A DNA stretch of 64,000 bases, from the IMG/VR virus record IMGVR_UViG_3300025732_000016; one strand, given 5' to 3'. The notes under the pieces are model-generated. The model saw nothing but the letters and a program-made list of their open reading frames with translations. It was not told where the DNA came from and ran no database searches. Positions 24,478-33,586 of this stretch are shown one piece after another. The position numbers and the translations under genes were made by a program. This stretch comes from a virus. Its lineage: Duplodnaviria; Caudoviricetes. Each line of letters starts with the position of its first letter. Position 1 is the first letter of the stretch.

Positions 24478-25315
24478 TTTCCTTATCCTCCACTTCGCTG
24501 ACTAGCTTTATGAGAGTGAGATACTTGGAAAGTTCACTCTCATGAATGTTCTGGTTCGGAAGAGACTCAATCTCCTTCTTCACCGGGTCGAACTTCTCTT
24601 GAAGAATCTTGTCGTTCTTCTCTCCGCGTAGGTGAGTGAGAGATCTTAGCGCCCTTATCTTGATGCTCTCGCATGCTTCCCTTAGAGGCTTAGAGTCTCC
24701 ACGAGCGGAAGCCTTGACGTAAAGGTTGATGAGCGAGATCTGCTCAGAATTGAGAGTAGTCGAGTACTTTCTCTCAAGCTTCTCTTGCATGAGCTTCAGA
24801 GAAAGAGAAGTGACCTCGCTCTTCTTTATGAGGGGCGCTGTCTCTTGCTTGTCAGTGAGGTGCTGTACTACCTTTGACTCATACATGGCTCTTTGAGCGC
24901 TCACAGTTGAATCTTTGCCGCGCCAGTCATTCAAGAGAGTCTGGACAGTTGCAAGCTTTCTGTACTCGGGAATCCTCATGTCAAAGAATCCCGGAAAATC
25001 TAGCTTCTTGTTGATGCTGCGAATCAGGAGACTCTTTTCATTGTCTAGTCTCTTTGGATCGTGCGTCAGAGCGGCGACCTTCGCCTCTTCAAGAACTCTG
25101 ATCGCAAGCGAATCGCTTGGGACCCGAGTCTGTACCAGGGCGTTAAAGAGACGAAACTCCTTGTAGAGCTCAGTCCCAGGCTTGAAGTGATCCTTCATGA
25201 TCTGCATGGCGATCTCGGCCCTGTCCGTCTTTCCCTCGAGTATGCACTTCGAGGCGTAGCGAATCAACTGCTCGTAGATCAGCCCGACATTGCGCTTTTT
25301 GTTGTGGTTACTCAT
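24467..25315 (-). CDS. Hypothetical helical protein between portal and protease
   Basis: Likely start MSNHNKKRNVGLIYEQL at 25315, overlapping the portal stop. Confidence 0.75.
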   Translation of the reverse strand: MSNHNKKRNVGLIYEQLIRYASKCILEGKTDRAEIAMQIMKDHFKPGTELYKEFRLFNALVQTRVPSDSLAIRVLEEAKVAALTHDPKRLDNEKSLLIRSINKKLDFPGFFDMRIPEYRKLATVQTLLNDWRGKDSTVSAQRAMYESKVVQHLTDKQETAPLIKKSEVTSLSLKLMQEKLERKYSTTLNSEQISLINLYVKASARGDSKPLREACESIKIRALRSLTHLRGEKNDKILQEKFDPVKKEIESLPNQNIHESELSKYLTLIKLVSEVEDKENVK

Positions 25316-27233
25316 TGTCGTCGGACTCTCCAGTGCTTGAGTTCTCAATTTCCTCACGGAGGACTGTTCGTTCTCCTCTCTTTGTATCTATCTCTCGACC
25401 GAGCAAGCTTAGAAGAGAATTGACTTCTGGAGTCTTTCTCGGTATGGGAGATTCTCCGAACATTGCTTTCGAGAGAGAAAGATCTTCCCAAATGCCCTTT
25501 CTCATGCTAGAGGGGCCGTATGGCTCATTCATCGTTGACTGTGGACGCTTGTCCATGGTCATTACGAGGAAGTCCGGAACCTCAGCTTTTGCGTTGGAAG
25601 ACCTCTGCTTCTTTTTGCGTCTCCTCGAACCAAAGACGTTTTTCGCTTCTGATGAGGGCTTGATCGGAAATTCCTCGACCTCACCGAGAATCGGACCGTC
25701 CTTGTAGTCACCCGAGAACAGATCTTCTGCGCCGCCAGCTTCTTCACCACCTGGTGGGGCGCCGCCAGCCTCTTCACCGCCTGGAGGAGCTCCAGTATCA
25801 GCAGCGCCTGCCTCAGCACCGCCTTCTTCTCCACCCTCTGGCTTCGCAGCTTCAACCTCGGCGTCTTCGATCTTGTCAGCCTTGCGACCCTCCTTGATTT
25901 TGAGGATCTCTTCATCAGTGAGCCCAAGAATGTTCTTGCGAATCCACTGCCTGTCCACTGCTCCTTCAGGCGCGGCACCAGCAATTTCAAACTTCGTCTT
26001 GATGAGCTCAAGCTTCTGTAGCTGCGCAACCGAAGAAGGGTTGTTGAGGCTCAGGTGGAAATTGAGCAGCTCGTCGTCAGTGAAGCCGTGCGAGTACAGG
26101 TGAATCATCGCCATCTTGTTAAGCTCAGATATGATGACCTTCTGTATCCTGGCGATGGTCCTCGAGAACCTGATGTCCTCCTGCGCCAGGGTTGCCTTCG
26201 CACCGATCTCTTCATCGTAGCCGAGGTAAGCCTTCGGAATCTTGAGAGCCGCGAAGAGCTTCTTCTGAATGTATTGGACGTCCTCTACCGCCGCGGCGTT
26301 CTGTCCACCAGCTAGGGTGTCGATCTTCGTGCCAGACTCCCCACCTCTGACCGGAATGAAGTAGTCATCATCAACTGCGAGAGGATTATAGCGGAGATCG
26401 AGGCGTCCCGTTGTCTGGTCTATCGCCTTGTTCCTCTTCAGGCTCGTCTGAGCCTGCTGCATGTAATTCTCAATCTCTTCGGGAGGAACGTTACCGACGT
26501 CAATGTAGAATATGCGCCTCTCAGGCGCTCTCACGATTCGGTAAACGAGCATTGCGTCCTCGATGAGGATGAGCTGTCTCCAGATTCTTCTTGCAGACTC
26601 GAGGACCGAGGCTCCATAGGGTAGGAAGGCGTCGTTACCAAGCAGCCTGAAGTGGGTCACCTGCCAGTTCTCGAGCGTCTGATTTCCTCTCGTGATCCAG
26701 CGAAACCTGACTGCCATCGGGTCCTGTGGATCGTAACCTTCCTCTCTCTCGATCTCAGCGATGGGAATCGGGTAAGCGTTGAGGACTCCGTACTTGGGGT
26801 CGACATCGTTGAAGAGGAAGAAGTCTCCGTACTTGCAGAGGTTCCTCACCCACATCGGGAGGTTGAAGTTGACATTAAGAACGTCGTCGAAGAGGTTCGT
26901 GAGAAGCTCTTGGATCGCCCTGTTCTCAGAGTAGACGTGAAGGACCCTGCCGGTGTCATCCTGCGAAGCAGTTTCCTCTGCGTAGATGTCGAGAGCGGAG
27001 GCAATCTCAGGTGTTGCCTCCATCTCGGAGAAGTCTGAATACCTCGACATTCTGTCGTAGGCACCATACGCTGAAACAGTGCTTGCGTATACATCTGAAA
27101 CGTTCCTCCGGAACATCTCGTACGCCGACGAGGCTGTCGGCTCAGTCGCATTCTTGACCTTTCTCCTTACGACTGGCCCACTGCGGAAGAGCTTGGTCAG
27201 CCTCGAGAAAAGATTACCTTGTTGCTTTGCCAC
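25308..27233 (-). CDS. gp20: Portal protein (T4 gp20-like) with a long acidic C-terminal extension
   Basis: PEIASALDIYAEE, WVRNLCKYGD, LIEDAMLVYRIVRAPERRIFYIDVGNVP, DDDYFIPVRG, YIQKKLFAALKIPK. GTG start at 27233 chosen from SD spacing. Confidence 0.93.
   Translation of the reverse strand: MAKQQGNLFSRLTKLFRSGPVVRRKVKNATEPTASSAYEMFRRNVSDVYASTVSAYGAYDRMSRYSDFSEMEATPEIASALDIYAEETASQDDTGRVLHVYSENRAIQELLTNLFDDVLNVNFNLPMWVRNLCKYGDFFLFNDVDPKYGVLNAYPIPIAEIEREEGYDPQDPMAVRFRWITRGNQTLENWQVTHFRLLGNDAFLPYGASVLESARRIWRQLILIEDAMLVYRIVRAPERRIFYIDVGNVPPEEIENYMQQAQTSLKRNKAIDQTTGRLDLRYNPLAVDDDYFIPVRGGESGTKIDTLAGGQNAAAVEDVQYIQKKLFAALKIPKAYLGYDEEIGAKATLAQEDIRFSRTIARIQKVIISELNKMAMIHLYSHGFTDDELLNFHLSLNNPSSVAQLQKLELIKTKFEIAGAAPEGAVDRQWIRKNILGLTDEEILKIKEGRKADKIEDAEVEAAKPEGGEEGGAEAGAADTGAPPGGEEAGGAPPGGEEAGGAEDLFSGDYKDGPILGEVEEFPIKPSSEAKNVFGSRRRKKKQRSSNAKAEVPDFLVMTMDKRPQSTMNEPYGPSSMRKGIWEDLSLSKAMFGESPIPRKTPEVNSLLSLLGREIDTKRGERTVLREEIENSSTGESDDNE
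25731..25790. repeat. 30-bp imperfect tandem repeat in the portal C-terminus (APPGGEEAGG x2)
   Basis: gccgccagcttcttcaccacctggtggggc followed by gccgccagcctcttcaccgcctggaggagc. Confidence 0.75.
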
Positions 27234-27251
27234 TATCACACTCCGATTTCA

Positions 27252-27258
27252 TAACTAT
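27252..27258 (-). promoter_or_regulatory. Putative late promoter motif ATAGTTA (portal operon)
   Basis: 18 nt upstream of the GTG at 27233. Confidence 0.6.
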
Positions 27259-27270
27259 CGGACTCAGAGC

Positions 27271-28857
27271 TCACCTGTAAAGCCAGGCAATGCCGGGAGG
27301 AACCGGTGCAGAAGGATCACTGCCAGGCTCTTCGTGAAGCTTGGCGTCGTAGGGTCTCGGAGTGAAGGGGTTACCAGTGAACATCGGAGGGGGACGAGCT
27401 GCGGGAGACTTGTTGACTCCGAACGCAGCCAGCATTCCTCTGTATGCGCTTGAATTGACCTTCTTCACCTCTCCGATTGTTGGCTCATAGAGAGTCCCCG
27501 CTATCGCAAGAGCGAGAACGAGGTCGTCATTGAACCCCTTCTGAGCTCTAGGGCTGTCTCCATACCAAACGAAAGTCCTGAGCTCGTCAAGGAGACGGGA
27601 AGAGTAGACCTTCATTGCTCCCGTTCTCAGATACTCCTCGAGCTTGGTGAGAGCAGCAGCGCGGCTTGGTCCTGATGTCGCAAACCCGAACTTCGCGACA
27701 GGTATGTCTATCGCATACTGGTAACGCTTGTCGTTGAGGTGGAGGTTCGGATAGCTAATGTCTCTCAACTTTGTTATCGTTGCGAAACCGTAGGTGTTAT
27801 TCTCTGGGCAAAGTAGCGCCTTGTTATAGCGTAATCCGACCTCACTCAGCAGAACGCCGAACTGGTCAGGAGGAATCTTACCCTTGAACTCGCAGACCTG
27901 CTCGGACTCATTTGTGTCAATCACATGGAAAGTCGAGTAGTCGTTAGAGTCACCGCGTGCGATGTCTGCTGAGATGACGTACTTGTGGTCAGGTAAAGCA
28001 TACTTCCACACCCACACTCCAGCCTCTGGTCCCCACTTCTCGATCGGGGTCCTCGCATTCATGCGAAGCCTCTCGAGGTCCTCTGCTCCGAGGAAAGTGT
28101 CGCCTGATGAGGCAAAGTCACAGAGGAGCTCCTGGGCTATCTGCTTCCTCGACATCTGGCGAGCCTCTTTCTCGAACCAATTCTGATCGCGCTCTGGGTG
28201 GACGTCCCACATGAGCTTGATGGGGTTGAAGTCAGAGATCTTGTTCTCGGCATCGATCCAGAGCTTGTGATACTGGTTACCGACACCGTTCGGTGTGCTA
28301 AGTATTATCGCTCCACCACCCGTCGACAGTGTGGGGTAGAGGCCCTTCCACAGCTCCTCGAAGTTCCTAATGAACGCAGCCTCGTCGATGATGAGCAGCG
28401 ACAGGGCTTCTGAACGACCGGCATCCTCTGAGGTGGGAACTGCCTTGATGATTGATCCGTTCGAGAACTCTATGCAAGTCCTCGTCTCGGAAGTGATCGT
28501 AGGAATGAGCAGCCAGGGAGGAAGAGAAGCGAGCATCGTCTTCACCTTCCTCACGAAGTTTGCAGCAGTCGCCATCTTCGTGGCGATGACAAGAATGTTC
28601 TTCTCCTTGTAGAAGATTGCCCTCCACAGCGAGAATGCGGCAGTGACGGTGGAGAGGCCGAGCTGCCTGCTCTTCAACACGATGTTGAAACGGTGCTTCA
28701 CAAACTCATTGACGCACATGTCTTGGAACGGGTATGTCTTGAACCCAATGAGACCCCTCTCAGGGTGGGTAATCTTCGTCCACTTGTTTATGAAGTGAAC
28801 GGGATCCTTCCCACATCTGATGATCTCATCGACCTGTGCGCTCTTGGAGACGGGCAT
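27271..28857 (-). CDS. terL: Terminase large subunit (T4 gp17-like)
   Basis: YPFQ adenine-binding motif, LKSRQLGLST Walker A variant, LLIIDEAAF Walker B, STPNG, nuclease acidic residues in ISADIARG...D and NDDLV. Confidence 0.93.
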   Translation of the reverse strand: MPVSKSAQVDEIIRCGKDPVHFINKWTKITHPERGLIGFKTYPFQDMCVNEFVKHRFNIVLKSRQLGLSTVTAAFSLWRAIFYKEKNILVIATKMATAANFVRKVKTMLASLPPWLLIPTITSETRTCIEFSNGSIIKAVPTSEDAGRSEALSLLIIDEAAFIRNFEELWKGLYPTLSTGGGAIILSTPNGVGNQYHKLWIDAENKISDFNPIKLMWDVHPERDQNWFEKEARQMSRKQIAQELLCDFASSGDTFLGAEDLERLRMNARTPIEKWGPEAGVWVWKYALPDHKYVISADIARGDSNDYSTFHVIDTNESEQVCEFKGKIPPDQFGVLLSEVGLRYNKALLCPENNTYGFATITKLRDISYPNLHLNDKRYQYAIDIPVAKFGFATSGPSRAAALTKLEEYLRTGAMKVYSSRLLDELRTFVWYGDSPRAQKGFNDDLVLALAIAGTLYEPTIGEVKKVNSSAYRGMLAAFGVNKSPAARPPPMFTGNPFTPRPYDAKLHEEPGSDPSAPVPPGIAWLYR

Positions 28858-29216
28858 TACGCCACCGAGATGAGCAGATGGTACCTGTAGTAAGCAACTC
28901 GACGGGGATTGTGGGCAGTCGCCTGGATGATCTCAATGTCATCTGACTCGTTGATGACCTTTGTCGTGAGGTCCTTCTTTGTGTAGCCCTTGTATTCCTT
29001 CGCGACTGTCTTCACAGCGTCCTTCAGCATTGCCTTCGCCCTATCGGCTTCTCTGGCAGTCTGGGCTCTAAACGATGCCTCACCCGCATAGTGAACGACG
29101 CAGGTGTAGCAGAGGTTGACCCTGTCGGTGCCGAGGATCTTTGATGTGATGGAAGTCGTGCCGTCCTTCGATCCCTTGCATGATTCGAGAGCCTGGCCGA
29201 GAGCATTGTAGTCCAT
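28857..29216 (-). CDS. Hypothetical 119-aa protein translationally coupled to terL
   Basis: GGAG SD; stop overlaps the terL start (TAATG). Confidence 0.75.
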   Translation of the reverse strand: MDYNALGQALESCKGSKDGTTSITSKILGTDRVNLCYTCVVHYAGEASFRAQTAREADRAKAMLKDAVKTVAKEYKGYTKKDLTTKVINESDDIEIIQATAHNPRRVAYYRYHLLISVA

Positions 29217-29234
29217 GTGAGTACTCCGTATCGA

Positions 29235-29241
29235 TAACTAT
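29235..29241 (-). promoter_or_regulatory. Putative late promoter motif ATAGTTA (packaging operon)
   Basis: 18 nt upstream of the ATG at 29216. Confidence 0.6.
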
Positions 29242-29478
29242 CTAGCGAGGAAAGAAGAGTCTCGAATCCCTGACAGAGATCACCGTTTGTTCATCAGGTC
29301 TCCACCCATCTGCCCACTTCTCCCTGTGCGGCTCGTAAAACTGCTGCTCGCAGCCTCTGCAACACCCTGTCCTCTCCATTGCCTCGATGTCGTACATGTC
29401 ACCGAGAGCAGAGTGACAGAGATTGCAGAAGGCTGCGAGCTTTGGCAGCCCAGAGCTAATTGTTCGGTACGGAATCAA
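29242..29478 (-). CDS. Small Cys-rich hypothetical protein (possible Zn-binding)
   Basis: CNLC...CCRGC. Start uncertain; TTG at 29478 overlaps the sbcCD end. Confidence 0.55.
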   Translation of the reverse strand: MIPYRTISSGLPKLAAFCNLCHSALGDMYDIEAMERTGCCRGCEQQFYEPHREKWADGWRPDEQTVISVRDSRLFFPR

Positions 29479-32400
29479 CGGCGCTAACGTGTGCGTCCGC
29501 TCCCCTCGTTGTGACCTCAATGAACCCGTCGACCGCATCCTTCACCGCATCAACGTGAGAGATTACGAGGACAGTCTTGAAGAACCTCTTTAGGGAGTGC
29601 AGAAGCTTGTTGCATGCCTCCACATTCTGTTCGTCAAGGGCCCCGAAACCCTCATCGATGATGAGTATATCAGACTTCGGAAGGCATGAAATGTTAATCA
29701 GTGCGACACGAATGGCGAGCGATGAGAGCATCTTTTCCATGCCTGAGCCGAGCTCAATGGGTCGACGTGAGTCCCCGTAGTCGAGGTAGATGTCGAGGTC
29801 AGAGCCGCTGTCGTCAGTCTCAAGTGTGACGGTGAAACCAGTTACTCCTTGTAGGATCTTCGCGATCTCATCGTTGATGCGCGGAAGCTCATTCTTCACG
29901 ATCACCATCGGGATGCCGTCCTTGCCGTACGCAGCGAGGAGCTTCTCATAGAAGGCCCACTGGGACTTCACTTCAACGAGCCTCTTCTCCTCCTCGTCGA
30001 GGGTCCTCATCTTCTCTTGGGTGACAGCCTTCTTGCTGTTCGACTCAACGATAGAGTCTCTCTCAGTCTTGAGGAGTGACTCAACCTGCGTGAGCCTCCG
30101 GCGGTTGTTTGATGCAAGCTCGACCTCGGGAGAGTCAGTGAGGTGTGCCCTTGCGTGCTCAAGGTTTCCACGAAGCTCGATCACCTGTGCGGTAAACTTC
30201 TCAATGTTGCTCTTTGAGAGGGCGACCTTCGACTCGAAGTTGGTCTTCTCAGTAAGGAGAATCTTCTCTTTTGTCAGTGCATCGTTGTACTTGCGGACCT
30301 TCTCAGTCGCCTCCTCGATGTTGTTCGACTTCAGCGATCCCGCAATGACCTTCAGAGCCTCCTTGAGCTCGATGATCCTCGCCCTCTGCGACTCGATGAG
30401 CTTCTTGTCCTTGATCGAGTCCTTGATGAACTTGCAAGTGGGAAAGCTCTCACCGCACGGAACTTCGCTGAGCTTTGCCGCTGACTTCTCCTGCGCAGTG
30501 AGGACGATGTTCTCGCGATCGATGAGGTGACGAGTGTCAACGCTCTTCTTCTCGAGATTCGTGTGCTCGGCAATTCGAGCGTTCATCTCATCGATCGGGA
30601 ACTTGAGCTTGATCTGTTCAATCGCAGAGATCTTTCGGACGATCTCTGAGATCCTCTCCTCGCAATCTCTCAGGTTCTCCTTCTCGCTGTCGAGCTTCTC
30701 AGAGGCAGACCTCACCTTCATCTCAAGGTCTGCGATGTCCTTACTGGAGTAGCCCTGCACCGCAGCCACGTTCAGTAGCCTGCGACCGAGGTCCTCCCTC
30801 TCCTTCTCAAGCTCGAGGATCGAATTCTCTGATTCAGTGATCCTCTTGTCGCAGGACTCAACAGCGTTGAGGTACTCAGTCCTGAGAGACCTGAAGTTCC
30901 TTTCGGGCATCGTCTTGAGGACACCCTTCAGAGTCGCAGACTCCTCCTTCACCCTCCAGTGGAGGACATCGAGAACGTGGAGGTCGAGAAACCTCGAGAG
31001 GAGTGCCTTTCTGGACGTCGCCTTCTGGCGGATGAAGTTGTTCATCTCACCCTGTGCCGCGAAAGAGGTGAGAAGGAAGTCGTCGGCAGTTCCCACGAGG
31101 CTTCGGAGGACCTTCTCAGAGTCCTTCCTCTGCTCACCCGAGATGTCAGCAATGGGATCGCCGTTCTCATCGACTCGGAAGAGGTTGAGATGTGTCGCGG
31201 CGTGTACGTGTCCCTTCCTGTTTGTCGACTTCACGGTCTGGCGTTCAGCCCGGTACGGCACTCCGTCAACTCGAAATTCGACCGCAGCAGTGCAGTGTCC
31301 CTTCCTCGTGTTGACGATGTGGATGTTACTCAGGTTCCCTCGATCAGTGTTGTTGAAGAGGGCGTACATCGCAGTGCCAGGTATCGAGGACTTTCCGATC
31401 CTGTTCCTTCCAAAGAGGCCGACGACTCCCGTCAGGGCGTTGAAGTCGATAACGTTGTCCTTTCCGTACGAGAAAGTGTTCTCCCACTCGAGTTTGTCGA
31501 GAGTCCACTTCTGGTTGCGAACGACATCATCCTCTTCCTCGAGCCGACTGAGGTTCTTCTGGATAATCTCAACGTACTTGTCGATGTTCGGATCATCCTT
31601 CATGACCGAGGCCAGAAGCCCCCTGTGTGTCTCCACATCGCGAAGGCTCTTTCGAGTCGTATCAATGCGCTCATAGGACTTCGAGCGATCGATCTCATTC
31701 TCCCACTTCCAGACAATCTCATGAGCGTTGAGCTCTTCCTTGAGGAACGCCGCGAGCTGCTTGATCTCTTCCTGCAGGAGGGACTCGTTCGAAGAGATGC
31801 GGAAGCGAGTTCCCTTGCGTTGGTCTCTGAGAGAGTCGATGGTCTTCTCTACGTCGCCTTTCCATGAGACAGTGACATACGGGTGGGGAGTCTCAAGGAG
31901 CCTGCGCTCAACGTTGAAGTCATCGGGGCCAGAGATCTGCCAGAGCAGGTAACCCTTGTCCTGTGATTCTCCAAAGTTCTGTTGAATGGTCGAGCCAGGG
32001 TAGGCGAACTTTCCCTCTCGATCGAGGAACTGGTGGCGGTGAATGTCGCCGAACATCCCGTAGTGGCAACCCCTGAACAGGGTGAGATCAACTTCTCCCT
32101 CTGTCGCGTAGTCAGAGTCCGTCAACGCACCCTTCACGACACCGTGGAAGATGGAGATGACAATGTCACCTTCACGACTCACACTCTCCCAGCCGTCCTC
32201 GTCGAAGGGGCAAAAGTTGGCGATCCGCACTCCGTCCATGTGAGTCGGATAGTTCCCAGAGCCCTTCAGGAGCTTCACTCTGTCATTAGAGAGCGCCCTG
32301 ATGATGGGACTGATGGCGTCCTGACGATCCGGGTTGTGGATGAGACCGTCGTGGTTTCCAAGTGTGACATAGGTGGGAGCAATCTCAGAGAAAGAGTTAA

Positions 32401-32605
32401 ACCACCAAGTGAGGTGCTCAATGATCTCAGGAGAGATTCCCTGAGTCTTGGTGTGGACTATGTCTCCCGCAATGACGATGGCATCGACCTTCTCTTTCCT
32501 GAGCTGCCGGAAAGCCTCAGAGAAGACGGTCTTGTACTCTTCATGACGAGAGAGGCCACGCCAGTGTACGTCTGCGAAGTGAGCAATTTTGTAAGTGCGA
32601 CTCAA
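29456..32605 (-). CDS. sbcCD: Fused SbcD (Mre11/gp47) nuclease and SbcC (Rad50/gp46) ATPase, 1049 aa
   Basis: N-term phosphoesterase motifs DVH, GDIVH, GNHD, GDIH. C-term GRNRIGKS Walker A, AAQ Q-loop, coiled coil, LGSGMEK signature, IIDEGFGALD Walker B, VISH. No stop between the halves. Confidence 0.9.
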   Translation of the reverse strand: MSRTYKIAHFADVHWRGLSRHEEYKTVFSEAFRQLRKEKVDAIVIAGDIVHTKTQGISPEIIEHLTWWFNSFSEIAPTYVTLGNHDGLIHNPDRQDAISPIIRALSNDRVKLLKGSGNYPTHMDGVRIANFCPFDEDGWESVSREGDIVISIFHGVVKGALTDSDYATEGEVDLTLFRGCHYGMFGDIHRHQFLDREGKFAYPGSTIQQNFGESQDKGYLLWQISGPDDFNVERRLLETPHPYVTVSWKGDVEKTIDSLRDQRKGTRFRISSNESLLQEEIKQLAAFLKEELNAHEIVWKWENEIDRSKSYERIDTTRKSLRDVETHRGLLASVMKDDPNIDKYVEIIQKNLSRLEEEDDVVRNQKWTLDKLEWENTFSYGKDNVIDFNALTGVVGLFGRNRIGKSSIPGTAMYALFNNTDRGNLSNIHIVNTRKGHCTAAVEFRVDGVPYRAERQTVKSTNRKGHVHAATHLNLFRVDENGDPIADISGEQRKDSEKVLRSLVGTADDFLLTSFAAQGEMNNFIRQKATSRKALLSRFLDLHVLDVLHWRVKEESATLKGVLKTMPERNFRSLRTEYLNAVESCDKRITESENSILELEKEREDLGRRLLNVAAVQGYSSKDIADLEMKVRSASEKLDSEKENLRDCEERISEIVRKISAIEQIKLKFPIDEMNARIAEHTNLEKKSVDTRHLIDRENIVLTAQEKSAAKLSEVPCGESFPTCKFIKDSIKDKKLIESQRARIIELKEALKVIAGSLKSNNIEEATEKVRKYNDALTKEKILLTEKTNFESKVALSKSNIEKFTAQVIELRGNLEHARAHLTDSPEVELASNNRRRLTQVESLLKTERDSIVESNSKKAVTQEKMRTLDEEEKRLVEVKSQWAFYEKLLAAYGKDGIPMVIVKNELPRINDEIAKILQGVTGFTVTLETDDSGSDLDIYLDYGDSRRPIELGSGMEKMLSSLAIRVALINISCLPKSDILIIDEGFGALDEQNVEACNKLLHSLKRFFKTVLVISHVDAVKDAVDGFIEVTTRGADAHVSAVDSVPNN

Positions 32606-33552
32606 AGTATCGATCCTGAGCTGATGTTTCTGATGAGATGAAATAGGCGATCATTCGGATTCCACAGCGTGGCTTCCTGCTTTGCCCTCTCTAGCTCTTC
32701 ACTTGGCATTTCTCCAACATCTTTGTAGCCTCCAGTCTCTAGAAATCTAACACCAACTCCATGAGAGAACAAGAGCTTTGCGATGTCGTGAGCTTTCTTT
32801 CTCACGTCCTTATCCAGTGCGAGTATGACTGGTGTCTGATTGCCAACAATTCTCTGAAAGAGAGCGTGTGAGGTTGAGAGGCTCGAACCCAGCAGACACG
32901 TTGTGTTGCCACCGACGGATATGAGGTCGAATGGCCCCTCTACAATAGTTAGCTCTTTCGACCAGTCGATGTCAATCTCATTGAAGATTACGTCCCTCCT
33001 CTCAACTCTCGGGTTGACGTACCTCACCGAGGCGTCATCGATTGCCCTGCCGGTCCAGTAATTGAGCTTTCCCTCGCAGTCGTAGGAAGTGATGACTGCA
33101 CGGCGGCGGCACTTGCCCTTCAAGGCAGTACCGATCCTGTAGCGCCAGATCTCTCTCTCACCGATACCTCGATGATCGAGGTATCGAAGGACGGCATTGT
33201 AGTCTGGGTCGAGTCGTTGGGTGACGAGCGGGACGAAGCCATCGGGAAGGTCGAGGACCTCTTCAGGCTCCGGCTCATCGATGTACTTCTTCTGCTCAGC
33301 GCTGCCGAACTTCTGCAGCCAGCCCGATCGAGACTCCTTCGCGTACTTGCCAAGAAGCGAAGCGATAGACCTGCCTTTTGTCCCGCAGACCCAACAGTGC
33401 CACCTCTCATCATCTAGCTTGACGACGAGTTTGTACTTGTCCTTGTGCTGGCACTTGGGACACTTGAAGCTCGCATTCACACCGTCTTTCGAGAGGTATC
33501 CCGTACCGATTGCGGAGGAAAGGTACCGTAGCCTTTCAACAGCGTCTATCAT
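32602..33552 (-). CDS. DNA primase (Zn finger plus TOPRIM; gp61/DnaG-like)
   Basis: CPKC...HCWVC zinc finger; IVEGPFD and ALDKD TOPRIM motifs; KDVGE. Confidence 0.85.
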   Translation of the reverse strand: MIDAVERLRYLSSAIGTGYLSKDGVNASFKCPKCQHKDKYKLVVKLDDERWHCWVCGTKGRSIASLLGKYAKESRSGWLQKFGSAEQKKYIDEPEPEEVLDLPDGFVPLVTQRLDPDYNAVLRYLDHRGIGEREIWRYRIGTALKGKCRRRAVITSYDCEGKLNYWTGRAIDDASVRYVNPRVERRDVIFNEIDIDWSKELTIVEGPFDLISVGGNTTCLLGSSLSTSHALFQRIVGNQTPVILALDKDVRKKAHDIAKLLFSHGVGVRFLETGGYKDVGEMPSEELERAKQEATLWNPNDRLFHLIRNISSGSIL

Positions 33553-33557
33553 GTTCT

Positions 33558-33586
33558 ATCGTAGATCTTTATTCCCGTATTTTCAA
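33558..33586 (-). promoter_or_regulatory. Sigma70-type promoter for the primase gene (probably leaderless)
   Basis: TTGAAA-17 nt-TACGAT-5 nt-ATG; no SD. Confidence 0.55.

Noticed and set aside
28857-29216. Small terminase call based on adjacency to terL
   Set aside because: The sequence looks mixed alpha/beta without the gp16-like helical core; left as hypothetical.
27271-33552. Inteins or introns in terL, sbcCD or primase
   Set aside because: Lengths are ordinary, catalytic motifs are contiguous, and no splicing or homing-endonuclease motifs were seen.
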